Assembly: GCF_006345805.1 (NCBI RefSeq)
Contig: NC_043005.1
Span: 1,736,001-1,800,000, forward strand
Source: Octopus sinensis
Lineage: Eukaryota
Direction: 5' to 3'
DNA length: 64,000 bases
Shown here: positions 37,547 through 50,928 of the stretch, in pieces
How positions within the stretch are numbered: the stretch's first letter is position 1
How the letters are laid out: every line of letters starts with the position of its first letter
Made by a program: the position numbers and the translations under genes
The notes under the pieces: generated by a model
Seen by the model: only the letters and a program-made list of their open reading frames with translations
Told to the model about the DNA's origin: nothing
Database searches by the model: none

Positions 37547-40500
37547 TGTTTCGTGGTCTGCTACCACAACAGCTCCTTTATAGGATCCAGTTAGCTCAAG
37601 ACATCATCAGGAGGAACCACGTCCGGTTTCGGCCCCTACTCCTCTACCGTTTTGACTTGGCGGGTCCCCCTTCCTTTCGGAGGTGTCTTCAGCTCTGGTG
37701 TTGGGAGCATGTCTTCTTTCTTCTTTCTTCTTTCTTCTATTCCCTGGCCTCTTCGATGTATCGTCAGCGAGTGTCAGCCGGTGACTGACTGTCTTGTCAA
37801 ATTTTCCCTTTAAATACCTGCCGCTAGGCTCCAGCAGGCAGTCCTAGCAAGTTGTCACGTGACACTGTCTCACCTTAACTGACTAGTGAAGGCGCGTAGT
37901 TTTAGCCCGCGCTTTTTCTAAACGACTGTCACCTGTCAGTCAGCTTGTCTCGCCTAATGATGTTATTTCCCGTCGGCGTGTTTATGACTTTCAAGCCATT
38001 TTCGGTCTTCCCGCTTCAGCCATATATAGAAGCTGGCTTTTACGACCGCCTCCTGTACTCTCCTTATTAGTTTACGCAACTCGGGGCTAGAAAAAAATCT
38101 TCTATTGAAAAGCGTTGTCATTTTTTTTTCAATGAAGCCCCTAGCCCCCACTGCCAGGTGATAATATTCGACATTCCATCCCTGTTCTCTGCATTCTTCG
38201 ATTAGCTTTTCATACCTCTTCTCCTTTCATTCCTCTGCATTGCCGATGTTCTCTTCCCAAGATACTGTCAGTTCTAGTAAAATTCCCATTCTCCGGTCTC
38301 TGTTCCAAAGAACTAAATCCGGTCTTTTTGTTGTTTTTATTAGTGGAAATATTACTTGTCTTTCCAAGTCCGTGGCCACCTCCCAGTTTCCCTTCCATCT
38401 TTTGTCTATCTCGTATACTTTACTTGTAGGCCTGGTTTTATAACCTTTTCCCTCCTTGTAGAAGTATACTCTCCTGCGCTTTTCTACTTTTGGGTATTCT
38501 CCCCTATTGTACCTCTCGATCTTATCCTTGAGTGCTGCGCTTATGACGCCGAGGACTTGATTATGCCGCTTCTTGCGTCGCTCCGACTATATCTGCGTGC
38601 CTTCGTTTTCCGATCGTCCTGTTTTCTGCCTCTTCCGCCTTCCCTTTCCTCCCTGTTCGTACCTTTGGAGCGTTTTCCCGGATGCTCTGATCTTTTGAAT
38701 ACCTTAGCATCATTACTGTCCTTGCCTTTCATGCCTTATATTCTTCGGCGATTGATGTTATTGGTAGTTGCAGCACGGGTTTTCCATATAGTGCAGTTGT
38801 ATTCAGTGGTTTTGGCAGACCAAGCCATTTTCTGATAAACACACTACATCTTTGTTCTATCGTTTCTACTCTACTCAAGGCTATTTCGTACATTTGCAAT
38901 GGCCACATTATTCATGGGTACAGCCCAAATTGCAGTAGCCAACATTTGAATTTTCCCGGCAGCGTTGTTCTGTCAATTGCCTTTAATCATTGTTCTACTA
39001 AATCGTGCGTTTCTTTCCCTTGCTTCTTATCATTTAATAAATCTCTATACCATCTGCCGAGACTCTTTACTGGTTGTTCTTTCACCGTTGGTATGTCTTC
39101 ACTTCCAATCCTAAATTTCACTTCTTCTTGCCTTTCTTTCACGAAAGCCACGCTTCGAGATTTTTTGGCTTTGAATTTCATCCTTGCCCATCCTATCAGT
39201 TCGTCCAACCGCTCTAACGTTCCCTCTGCTGCTTCTCTACTTTCCGATAATATAGTTACATCGTCCATAAAAGCCCTTAATGGTGTCTTTGTAACAGCTT
39301 TCTCACAGTTTGTAGATCTGAGTAGCTGTTTTTATTATTGCGTGCGGAACAGATCCATAAGCATTGGCAAGATCTAGCCAAACAATATACAGGTTTTTCT
39401 TCATTTGTTTTGCACAGGTGATGGCTTCCCAGATGGAAAATGCGTGTTCTATGCACCCAGGGATTCCGGGGATTCCTGCTTTTTGAATCGCTTCATTAAC
39501 GTATCCGTTATGCTGTACGAATCTTATAATTCGTCTAGCAATTATTCCGAACATGATTTTCCCGTCTGTATTTAGTAGTGAAATCGGTCTAAATTGGCCT
39601 AGTGATTTTGCCTCTTTTTCTTTAGGTAGATAGATACCTTCGGCTATACACCATCGCTCCGCTACATCTTTCTTCTTCCACATTTCTCTTATCAGTGCAA
39701 ACAGCTGCAAACGTTATTTTGGGCAATATTTGTATACCTTGTAGCTCACTCCATCGTTCCCTGGTGCACTTTTTGCTCTTGCTTTTCTTATGAACTCATC
39801 CATTTCTTTCCGTTTGATGTCGCTCAAATCAAACGGTACTCTTGGTTCAGGTGGTTTCTTCAGTCCGTGCATTTCTGGGAGTACTTCATTTCTGTCAGAG
39901 TCGCTGTATTTCACTTTCAGATGTTGCTCGAGCTCTTCTTTCGTGCAATTCATTTTTCTGCTTTTACTTTCAGTAAATAAATGTTTCGCATATTGATAGG
40001 GATTGTTCACAAAGCTACGATAGTTCTTTTCTCTCTCCTTTCTTCTGCTTCCCCTTCTTTGTTTTCTTAGAAGATCTCAATGCCTCTTTTTTATCTCTTC
40101 ATATAGCTGCTTTAGCCCTTCTCTTTCCTCCTCCTTTGCATCCCTCTATCTTTCTTCTCTTCTCAAATCTTTTCTATCCATCTTTCTCTCCTCGATGGTC
40201 AGCTCTTTGCTGTTGATTCTACCTTCCCCGTTGTTTCCAGTCCAAATCTTTTCTCTCCTTCCTGGTAGATTGTATTAACCAGGTTTTCCAGCTTTTGTTC
40301 GTCGTCGTCTTTGAATTTGGTGGTCATTCTTGCTACCTCGTCGTCAAATTTTTTATAACTCGCTGCGTCATTTGCTTTCGGGCACTTAACCTTTGTCCTC
40401 TTCGCGCCTATCAGTCTTTTTGACTGTTCCAATTCAACTATGGAATGAACCTCGCTATGGTTATTTTCCGGGAGGTTCTGGCCACACGTCTTATGGTTTA

Positions 40501-40854
40501 TCAACCCACGTTGTTGAATTGTTTTCTTCTGGCACACCTTCCCTTGGTGGATTCTCAGCCCGATGTAACTAGCAAACACCTTTCCGCAGCAGCTGAACTC
40601 CTCATCTACCATTGCTATACCATTTCCTTTCTCATTGTCCATTTCCGGTCCAAGTCCATTTTGTTTTTTTCCGTCCCTATTTGATCCTTTATTCTCTCCC
40701 CGTGGTCCGGGATCATGGGGACATGATTTCCCATGTTTTTTTGTTGCAAGCCCATTGATCCTTCATTACGCTGTCGTATGGTCAAGCGTCTCTCCGCTTT
40801 GTCATCCCTCTTTCTGGATTGTCAGCAAGTCTTTCCCTGCAGTCAGTATCTGAG
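37547..40854 (-). mobile_element. RLE non-LTR retrotransposon (HERO/NeSL-like), decayed, with 12-bp TSD
   Basis: N-terminal CCGKVF..GLRIHQGKVC finger; KSAPGNDG, FRPISLLN, WLDLANAYGSVPH, AFMDD RT motifs; RPDLVLW..LELTV RLE; GAATTACAACCG at 37535-37546 and 40855-40866. Confidence 0.88.
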
Positions 40855-40877
40855 GAATTACAACCGAGGAATTATAT

Positions 40878-41170
40878 GGAGGCGCAATGGCCCAGTGGTT
40901 AGGGCAGCGGACTCGCGGTCGTAGGATTGCGGTTTCGATTCCCAGACCGGGTGTTGTGTGTGTTTATTGAGCGAAAACACCTAGAAAGCTCCACGAGGCT
41001 CCGGCAGGGGGTGGTGGCGACCCCTGTTGTACTCTTTCACCACTCTTTCTGCTGTTGGCCTGCTCGCTTAGCCAGCGGGGTGGCGTCATTCGAAGGCTAA
41101 AACAATGCGTACGCATTGTGACCAGCGATGTGTAGCAACATCTGATGGTCTGGTCGGTCACGTGATCACG
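40878..41170 (+). mobile_element. tRNA-derived SINE, second family
   Basis: TGGCCCAGTGG A-box and GGTTTCGATTCC B-box; no tRNA acceptor stem closure. Confidence 0.7.
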
Positions 41171-41219
41171 TGATATATATATATATACATATATGTATAT
41201 ATAGATATACATACATGTA

Positions 41220-41336
<117 letters not shown>

Positions 41337-41484
41337 CCGTTTTATGTTCAAATATTGCTGGAGCTAGCTTTTCTTGAAATTTCCTAGTATGATCTGTTGT
41401 GGAGGTTATTCAGACTAGTGTACCGTGTACCTCTTGTAAAATTGTCAGTTTGAACAGTAAAAGGAAATCAGAAATATCTATCGA

Positions 41485-41516
<32 letters not shown>

Positions 41517-42177
41517 CCGTCTGCCTGCCGTCTGTCTGTCGTCTGTCTGTCTGTCTACCATCCAATTGTTAGGCTAATCCTGTAGATTATGCTTAGCAGG
41601 TATCTCCTTAACGGAAAGGATATATTTATTATCAGACCTATTCCAGAGCTTTGATTAGCCATAAACATTATTCCCTTCCTTAACCACTGCCATTAGTTAA
41701 ATTCAGTTGTTGAGCTGAAGGAGAGTTTGGGCTGTCTTGCGGAGCTGAGTTCTAGCAATATTAAGTGGGGAAAAAGTTGATCGAATGAGAGATTCCTAAC
41801 CATTTTGATTCCTAACCATTAATCTATATTAATGGGGAAACCATTTAAGACTGCTAAGCTTAACTTTCTGAACTTCAAAAGATAATGCGGCGAGCTGGCA
41901 GAATCGTTAGCACGCCGGGTGAAATGCTTAGTGGTATTTCGTCTGCCGTTATGTTCTGAGTTCAAAATCCTTTCGAGGTCGATTAAATAAGTACCAGTTA
42001 CGCACTGGGGTCGATGTAATCGACTTAATCTCTTTGTCTGTCTTTGTTTGTTGCCTCTATGTTTAGCCTCCTGTGGGCAATAAAGAAATAAATATTTAAA
42101 ACACAAAATTTATCAAGACAATCGCAACTTATTTTCCAATAGAAATACATCTAAGGCTGATGTGGAAAATCACTTAC

Positions 42178-42372
42178 CGATTCCATTTGGATAAGAAGTA
42201 ATCTGGAACTTTCCACCGTTCTCTGGACGAAGTCCCATTGCTTGTTCAATTCTCTTCTCGAGCGCTTTCGAAAAACGACTCTCCCCAGGGTAAAATGCCG
42301 TATTATAATTCCAACGCGACTTCATCCACGACTTCAGTTTCGTTGAAAACGTCTTGTTTACACACATCGTTC
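42178..42372 (-). CDS. P4H-like dioxygenase exon
   Basis: tttcag|GA ACG...ATC G|gtaagt; 195 nt, phase 1/1; GTMCVNKTFSTKLKSWMKSRWNYNTAFYPGESRFSKALEKRIEQAMGLRPENGGKFQITSYPNGI. Confidence 0.9.
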
Positions 42373-43271
42373 CTGAAAAATAGATTCTTACTGAATTATT
42401 AAAAGCAGCGGTTCTTTAAAATGGGGTCCACATGATCCTTGGCCGTCCATACAAACTTTTATCGTTAAAATTGACGTGCAATAAATTGGTTATATTATTT
42501 TTACAATTTATTTTATTAAATTCCTAATAAGATTTAATTCTAAAAAAATTTAAACATCGAATGACTACGAGAGCTCACCCGAATAAAGTAGAAATCAAAA
42601 GGGTCCACTGGAAAAATTAGGGTTGGAAACCATTAATTTAGACTATAATATGAATATGGAACACACACACATCTCAAAAAACAAACATTTACATGTAAAC
42701 ACATTCATAAACGGACATACAAACGCATGTGTGGAACAGAAAACATAAACATCTTTTCTCTATTGTTAGAAAACATACTTTTTACCTCAGAGTCACGTGG
42801 AAGATTCTGGAAGATGCTACTCCAAAATTTAGCAGACACTAAAGAATCAACAAGAGTATAAAAGGGTGTCCTTTCAGGTTCCCAAACTTCTTCAAACTCC
42901 CGCATTAGTTTCGCTTATAAAGGACCACAATTGTAAAACTACTTCCGACATTATTTATGCAAATTAACCAATGTTTCCTCCTAGACTTTTGAAAGATCCA
43001 TAAATGCATTTCATTATTGCTTACCGACCCAGCCGTAAGCAAAAGGCTGCAACCAGAGAAGAGCAGTCCCCGCTTCATTGATTTATCAGTCATAGATGCT
43101 GAATATACAGGAAAGCCCTCACAAAGTTTGTTCCTCCCAAGACATACAAGGCAAAAGCTCTTAAAAATATAGAAATCAGTTGTGAAGGTGACGCTTTGGT
43201 CCGCTCTTAGCCATAATGTCTAAACCAAAGGGAATGACCGCTAATAATGTGTACATACATACATACATACA

Positions 43272-43304
<33 letters not shown>

Positions 43305-43710
43305 TCATATACATACATGCATATATACATGTATTCATATGTACATACAATCATGCATGCATACATACATGCATACATATATTCATATACATACATGCAT
43401 ATATACATACATATATTCATATACATATACATATACATACATGCACACATACATACATATATTCATATACGTACATGCATGCATACATGTATATGTATAT
43501 ACTCATATGTATGTATATATTCATATACATACATGCATATATATATACATATATTCATATACATATACATACATGCATGCATGCATACATACATACATAC
43601 ATACATGCATACATACATACATGTACACACACATTCATACATGCATGCATACATACATACATACATACATATATTCACATGTATATATATTTATACCTGC
43701 ATGATACATA

Positions 43711-44220
43711 CATACATGATGTTGTAGCTAGGACACTCTATAATGAAATCTGTCGGAAGGATAACCCCGAGGACAAAGAAATAAGAACTCACAATATGGT
43801 AGAAGCCATAGCCACTCATAATGAAAAGTAATACTGGTGGAATGTCCCAGTGAAGGCCCCAATAAAATGCAAGCACAACAGACCTGATATGATGATTTGG
43901 GATAGAGAAGAGAAACTGTGCACAGCTGTGGAAATTCGCTGCCCAATGGATGTTAACATGGAGCTAAAGATCGGTGAAAAAGAGAACACCTATGCTGGAC
44001 TATTGAGAAATCTGCAATTACTCTATCCAGATTACAAGTTCAGGTTTATACCTGTAATTATTGGGGCCCTGGGATATGTAACACACTGCCTAAATACCAA
44101 TCTTGAGAAATTAGCCTTCTCAAAACTAGAAAGGAGAAAGCTAATTCGAAGACTACAGATCGAATCCATCACTGGAACTGTAAAATCTGTGAAACTTCCC
44201 AGAAGTTTATCATTTAAATA
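43711..44220 (+). mobile_element. 3' RLE fragment of a non-LTR retrotransposon
   Basis: HDVVARTLY..HNRPDMMIWD..VEIRCP..KENTY..IPVIIGALG; (TACA)n-like arrays on both sides. Confidence 0.8.
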
Positions 44221-44447
44221 TATATGAACATGTCTAGATATGTAACTATATGCATGAGAATACATACATACATACATACATACATACATACATACATACA
44301 TACATACATACATACATACACACGCACGCATGCATGCATGCATACATACATACATACATACATACACACATACATACATACATACATACATATATACATA
44401 CATACATACATACATACATAATACATACATACATACATACATACATA

Positions 44448-45725
44448 TTAGGTCGTCAAGTATGAAATTTGTAGAAAAGGAAAAAAAGTCTGCTAATATT
44501 TTATAAATACAAATAATAGTTTTATTCATCTAAATATACATCCATATTGTCAATACATTTTTGCCATTTCAGTGGTAGCTTGTCCAGCCTGGAACTGTAA
44601 AAGCCTGGCAATCTAGAGTCAATAAAATCTTGGAAGGACTGTTTTACAGCATCGTCGGACTTTTTTTCCTATCAAAAAGTTATCCAAATTTTGGAAGATG
44701 TGGTAGTCAGTGGGGGCAAGATCAGGTGAGTATGGTGGATGATGGAGAACTGCCAACTCCAACTCCTGTAGTTTCACCAATGTCATTTTTGCGATGTGTC
44801 ATCTGGCATTGTCTTGCAATAGAATAGGAGTGGATCTGTTGACTAATCTAAGTTGTTTTTTTTGTAAGTTTCTGCCTCATTTGGTCCAGTTGGCTGCAGT
44901 ATACCTCAGCCGTGATTGATGAGCCAGGTTTAATGAAATCATAATGGATCACACCTGTGCCGGACCACCAAACACACACCATCAGCTTCTTTTGATGAAT
45001 TTTACCTTTTGGACTGTGTTTTGGTGGCTCCTCTTTGTCCAACCATTCTGCTGAACGTTTATGGTTGTTGTATTGGATCCATTTCTCATCACATGTTATA
45101 ATTCGATTAAAAAATGATTCATTTTTGTGACGAGAAAGTAGCATAATGCCAGCTTCCAAACGTTGCTGTTTCTGATTTTCATTAGGTTCATGTGGAACCC
45201 ACGTATCTAAATTTTTCACTTTACTAATTTGAATCAGGTGAGTCAATATTGTTTGCTTGCTCACACCAAACAACGATAATTCACGGACACTTTGAGATGG
45301 ATCTGACCCGACGGTGGCTTTCAGTTCGTCATTATCCACCTTTGTTTCTGGTCGACCGCGTTGCCCATTTGTGTGGTCAAAGTTACCAGAATGAAATTTT
45401 GCAAACCAATTTGATACTGTCTACTGTGTAATAACATTAGAACGAAATACTCCATTAATATTCTGAGCTGTTTGTGATGCTGTATTTCCCAGAAAGAACT
45501 CATATTTCAAAACCGTACGAATTTCCAACTTATCCATCTCTAAACAAAAATAGCAGAAAACGATTTATAAATACTTTATAAAGTGAAAAATGCGTTAGAA
45601 TAAATAAATAGGTGTCAGCTTTCTAACAAAAAATAAAGATTGTCAAAATATAATAATGGCGCAAAATGAGCAGCTGTCAAAGTTTACCATAAACCTTACT
45701 ACAAATTTCATTCTTGACGACCTAA
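44448..45725 (-). mobile_element. Full-length-sized (1278 bp) decayed mariner
   Basis: TIRs TTAGGTCGTCAAGTATGAAATTTGTAG / CTACAAATTTCATTCTTGACGACCTAA; WVPHEP, TCDEKWIQY, KKLMVCVWW motifs; frameshifted. Confidence 0.88.
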
Positions 45726-46556
45726 CACATAGGTTGCATATTTAAGGACGGGAACACTCTGACAACATAGCGTAGATGTCACCCTTTTGCTCCTTACAAA
45801 TTGACTGGGTGTAGCTTTATTTGTTACGCTTCTTTGAGGCTGACTGCAAATTGGCATATATGTAAATAAATAAATAAATATACTTTCATTAGTGTACACA
45901 GTTTCATATACAGACGTCGAGAGAATAGGAAATCATTTTGAAAATTAGCAAGTGTTTTTCAAAATTAGATCAATATGTGAAGCTGTGCTGAAGCGACAGA
46001 AATTTGGCAAAAACCTCTTGAAAAATCATTATTGATAGACCCAAAATAAGCAGAGAGGAAGTTGTGTAAATTGTCAACGAGCCAAGATAAAAATGTCATC
46101 GGAAGAATATTGACTGAGTCGAACGGAAATTGCAGAATTGTATGAAAGAAATAATGAGTGGGAGTCTAAAAGATACGTATTGAGTAGGAATGGTTGTTGT
46201 TGGTGTTTGGGAGAGAGTGAGTGTTGTCTCGACTAAATTTGTTTTTTGAAGATTCTATGTATGCACACACACACACACACACACACACGCCCGCACGCAT
46301 TTCTGTTGTTCGTTTCTACCATACTCCTTGCCATGCTATCTGTCTGTTATATTCTGTATCGTTATTTTCAGTTAAACTCAGTGAAATAAAACATGTTTTA
46401 CTTGCTCTAATAATTCTTTCTAATTCTGGCACAAGACCAACAATTTTGAGGAGAGGGGGAAGTCGATTCCATCGACCCCAGAACTCGACTGGCAATTATT
46501 TTATCGAACCTGAAAAGATGAAAGGCAAAAGCAACCTCCGCGGTATATAAACTTAA

Positions 46557-47412
46557 GGATCTTTTCCTTTTGAACGGCAGTTTGTAACATAATTTCTAGG
46601 TAACTAAAAAGTTTTAAACTTCGTATACTGGTAGAATGTGTTTATAAAACATCATTTTCTTTTGGTTTTATTGAGAAAATTCTATAGCTTGTAAGATATT
46701 TCGTCTGAAAATTCCGGCAATTTTAACCAATCGATTACCTCCATTCAACTAAAATCATTTGCTGCCTCTAAAACTGAGACAACATCCTGTCACTAACCCT
46801 AAACCTCCCCCCTAATCCTAACCCTAACCCTAAATTATTTTTCTTAATTGTTAAATTAATTTAATTGTTACGCGTGTAAAAAAGAACTAAAGCAATGGAA
46901 AATAAATTTAAACAATTAACAAACAAAATAATTCTATAATTTTATACACACGCTTTCCGTACGTATACGGAAAGCGTGTGTTACGGAAAGCGTGTGTTAC
47001 GGAAAGCGTGTGTTACGGAAAGCGTGTGTTACGGAAAGCGTGTGTATAAAATTATAGAATTATTTTGTTTGTTAATTGTTTAAATTTATTTTCCATTGCT
47101 TTAGTTCTTTTTTACACGCGTAACAATTAAATTAATTTAACAATTAAGAAAAAAAAATTAGGGTTAGGGGGAGACTTAAGGTTAGTGACAGGATGTTGTC
47201 TCAGTTTTAGAAGCAGCAAATGATTTTAGCTCAAAAGAGAGCATAGGATTGGTTAAAATTCGAAAAATTAAACTACGTTAAACGAACAAATTACAATTTT
47301 CTCAAGAAAGCCAAGAGAAAAAATGTTTTATTTTGACACATTCTACCAGTATACGAAATTTTAAAGTGTTTAGTTAACTAGAAATTGTCTGCCGTTCAAA
47401 AGGAAAAGATCC
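46557..47412. mobile_element. Fold-back MITE (Merlin-like) with 8-bp TSD, inserted in a SINE
   Basis: Perfect 24-bp termini GGATCTTTTCCTTTTGAACGGCAG; AAACTTAA at 46549-46556 and 47413-47420; SINE sequence continues on both sides. Confidence 0.8.
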
Positions 47413-47934
47413 AAACTTAAAAAGCGGGATGAAATGCTGCTAAGCATTTTGTCCGACTCGCTAACGAATCTTCCAGCTCGGTACTTTACTTGCAATGGTA
47501 AAATAAGACTTTGGGAATGAGAAGGTTTGAACCAACAAACCTGTATTTCGTTCTCACAGAGACACTCACTCACATGGTCACCCCTGAGCTCGTGCAAGGC
47601 ACAATTCCACGGAAGGGATACAAAAATGTCCGTTATGTTTGGCTGTTTCCTTCATTGATCTCCGACTTTATTTCTTAAAATCTTTGAAGATGGCTTAAAG
47701 TGTTACTAAAACCTCGGCTAACTTCTTCTAAGATAAGAACTGGAATATATTTTCCCTTATTAAATATCAACCAGATACAAAATATAAAATATATTTGCTT
47801 TAACAAATTTGTTGGCAAACTTTCTTGTTATTTGTTAGAAAATTAATGAAATATTGGTTTCTAATTACACAGTCATCAAATTCTAAGTTATTTATACGCA
47901 CACAAACAAGATATAAATACACACGCACATATAT

Positions 47935-48017
<83 letters not shown>

Positions 48018-48674
48018 TCCTATTGGTCTCCTATTCTCTGCATTAATCTTCAATGTAAAACATGGATGTTCATTTGAGGTGGTCACTCAGGAAAGTCGGC
48101 AGATCGTCGGACAGATCGCCGCTGCCGCCGCAACCACCACCACCACCACCACCACCAATAACTATATAAGCATAAATATTAATGTCGAAAACTTTGTTAG
48201 TATTATTGTCGATGATATTTTTGTTGTTGTTGTTGTTGAGGATGATGATGATGATGTTATTACAGTTATCGTCACAGCAGCAGCAGCAGCAACACAAGCA
48301 GCAGCCATTAAATATCAATATTTTCCAATTAGACCTTCTCTTATTTCTCTTCCATCTTGATGCCGCCATTTCAAGTAGTATTTTTTTCTTGTCGGACGCC
48401 ATTTTGTTTAAGAGGCGAAGTAATTTGGGAGCGTTAATATTGTTTGATGGGAATAAATATTTTACCACTTTTAAATTACGTAAATCATTAGAATTGAATG
48501 GATTAGAATGGATTAGAAAACAACAAACGACAATTTTACTCATTAAAATATTGTTTTTTGCTTTTCGATTTGCAAATAAATTAAAATTTTTCTCTTTTTC
48601 CTTATTGTAAATTTCTTGAGGTTTCAGTTCTTAACACTTTCATTAAACAATGATATCCACCCACTCCATGTGTC

Positions 48675-48675
<1 letters not shown>

Positions 48676-48749
<74 letters not shown>

Positions 48750-48750
48750 C

Positions 48751-48828
<78 letters not shown>

Positions 48829-48876
48829 GTCTGTCCGTCCGTCCGTCTGTGTGACTCTCTGTCTGTCCGTCCACCC

Positions 48877-48940
<64 letters not shown>

Positions 48941-49023
48941 GTCTGTCCGTCCGTCCGTCCGTCCGTCCGTCCGTCCGTCCGTCCGTCCGTCCGTCTGTCC
49001 GTCTGTTTGTCTATCTATCTATT
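48676..49023. repeat. Compound (TATC)n/(TCCG)n microsatellite
   Basis: Direct read. Confidence 0.92.
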
Positions 49024-50160
49024 GATACATACATATATACAAAAACACACACATACATATAAACACACACTCTCATACACACATATGTAAGTATATGATG
49101 TGTGTGTTGGCAAATAATGAGCTAGTGTCTAAGATTAATTTATCTAAAATTAAAATATAAGTCAATAAATATTTTTGAAAGATAAAAATAAATAATGAAG
49201 AACTAGAAAGAATGAAACGCTTCATCTTTCGCAGAGAGTCCAAAAGTATTAATAATCGCCCACTTTATTCAAACAACTTCATGTTTATCTCACTCTCAAA
49301 TGTTTATGCAATATGATATCGTGTTTATCAAATACAATATCAAATGTCATATAAGTAATATAGGGTGTTGGAAAGTTTCGATTAAATGAAATTATCCAAA
49401 TTGATAAAAACTTCCTGTAGGTGTTTAAGATCTAAAAACAAGAATTCAGATATGTTCGTTTGATTAAAATATTTGAACAACACAAATTGAAGTGTCTCTG
49501 GTCTTTAAAGCAGGTTTCGACCTCATTACATCTCCTCGGTGAAGCACTTCCTACTTAGCTGACATGTATAAGTGCTATCAATCAATATAAGTAACCTAAA
49601 CGTTTTTCTACTGGAATTCGGTCCGCAACATAGCTAAGTGGATATCAATGTTTTCAGCAATGTATGACATAGCGAGATGTCCCATCTCAATTAGTGTTAA
49701 TCCAGAATATATAATCGATCAAATTGCTAATTCACAATCATATATTTTTGAGTTCATTTTCGACTCTTCACTCAATTTAGACGTGATATTTTGTCGTGTC
49801 AGACAACATAGAGAACATCTCCGTCTCTGTGTAGCTACGAACAAATTTTAGACGAGACGACGACGGAATATTGGTTAGGGACACATTAGCAGACAGCCAC
49901 TGGTAGTTTAGCTCGGGAGAAGAACAATAAAAAAAAGCTAGTTCGGTTTTAAAGCAGTGCACTGGTCCAGTAAACAAGCGAGGTGTGATTAACTTCCGAT
50001 CATTAGATCACATGTGGGTTTTATTAAAATTAAAATCACAGCTCCGTGTTCATGCACGTGAGTATGTGTATATATATGTAAGAAATATAAAAATATACAA
50101 AGAGCAAAGATACTGAAGATTCAGCATACACCACGTGGCAAAATTATGAGTTGAAAATAT

Positions 50161-50478
50161 GTGGAAAACAAATATAAAAAGTGGAAGATAAATGCCTTCG
50201 TTTCATATAGTGATCACAACCTGAGCTCAGGTTGTGGTCACAATTATGTGGGCCAAACGAGTCTTACTTTGAGACGCAGAGTCACGCTGCATAAAGAACA
50301 GATTAATTTTCCTCAATACAGGCAGATAGCACTGAACGGACATATCGACAGATGCGCAAGTAATAAAACGCCAAATTTTCGTATCTTCCCATTATACCAA
50401 TGCAAAGATTCAATCTCAGTACAAGAACGCCTAAACAAGGAAAACCTATTCATACAAAAGTACAATATAAAAATCTGA
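50161..50478 (+). pseudogene. Penelope-like element GIY-YIG endonuclease 3' fragment
   Basis: SGCGHNYVGQTSLTLRRRVTLHKEQ...GHIDRC...FRIFP...RLNKENLFIQKY: YxG motif, catalytic R and E, C/H zinc-ligand pattern of PLE endonucleases. Confidence 0.8.
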
Positions 50479-50620
50479 GCATTTAAAAAATTATTCTAAG
50501 GAGCCAGTTGTCCCCCTTTCTACCTGTCGCCTCCCTTGGTTCATTCTCTAGACTCATTCTTATTTTTCAAACATCCAAAATGACAAGATCCCTTTGTCAC
50601 GAGAATTGATTACGAAAATG

Positions 50621-50660
50621 TCCCTTGAAAAGCTAACTTAAATAGCGAAAACCGGTTGGA
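50621..50660 (+). ncRNA. Minimal HHR variant with U3-A8 core in Penelope 3' region
   Basis: TCCC-TTGAAAA-GCTA-ACTTAAA-TAGC-GAAAC-CG-GTT^GGA; palindromic ACCGGT stem III; stem I weak (2-3 bp). Confidence 0.5.
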
Positions 50661-50928
50661 TTTCACGACATGTATATGTTTATAAAAAGATATTAAACTA
50701 TATGAAACGAAGGCATTTCTCTTCCACTTTTTATACTTGTTTTCCACATATTTTCAACTATACACATATAAAGTAAAGTCAGTCCCCACATCAAAGTGGC
50801 TGTTCAATGTCACTACTAGTTTAACCTCAGGCAGATCCTCCACCAGCTGGTTATCGGTGCGACGCTGCACCCTTTATATGCAATATATATTGCCAACAGT
50901 GGGGAGCGACTCCTACTATCCTCTAATA

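Noticed and set aside
40878-40950. tRNA gene (also 20152, 32870 and 32985)
   Set aside because: A/B boxes are present but there is no complete cloverleaf; these are SINE heads.
49777-49977. Minus-strand 66-aa ORF as an extra exon of the P4H-like gene
   Set aside because: Exons 54022-54212 and 42178-42372 already join in phase; no good donor before the stop and no recognisable motif.
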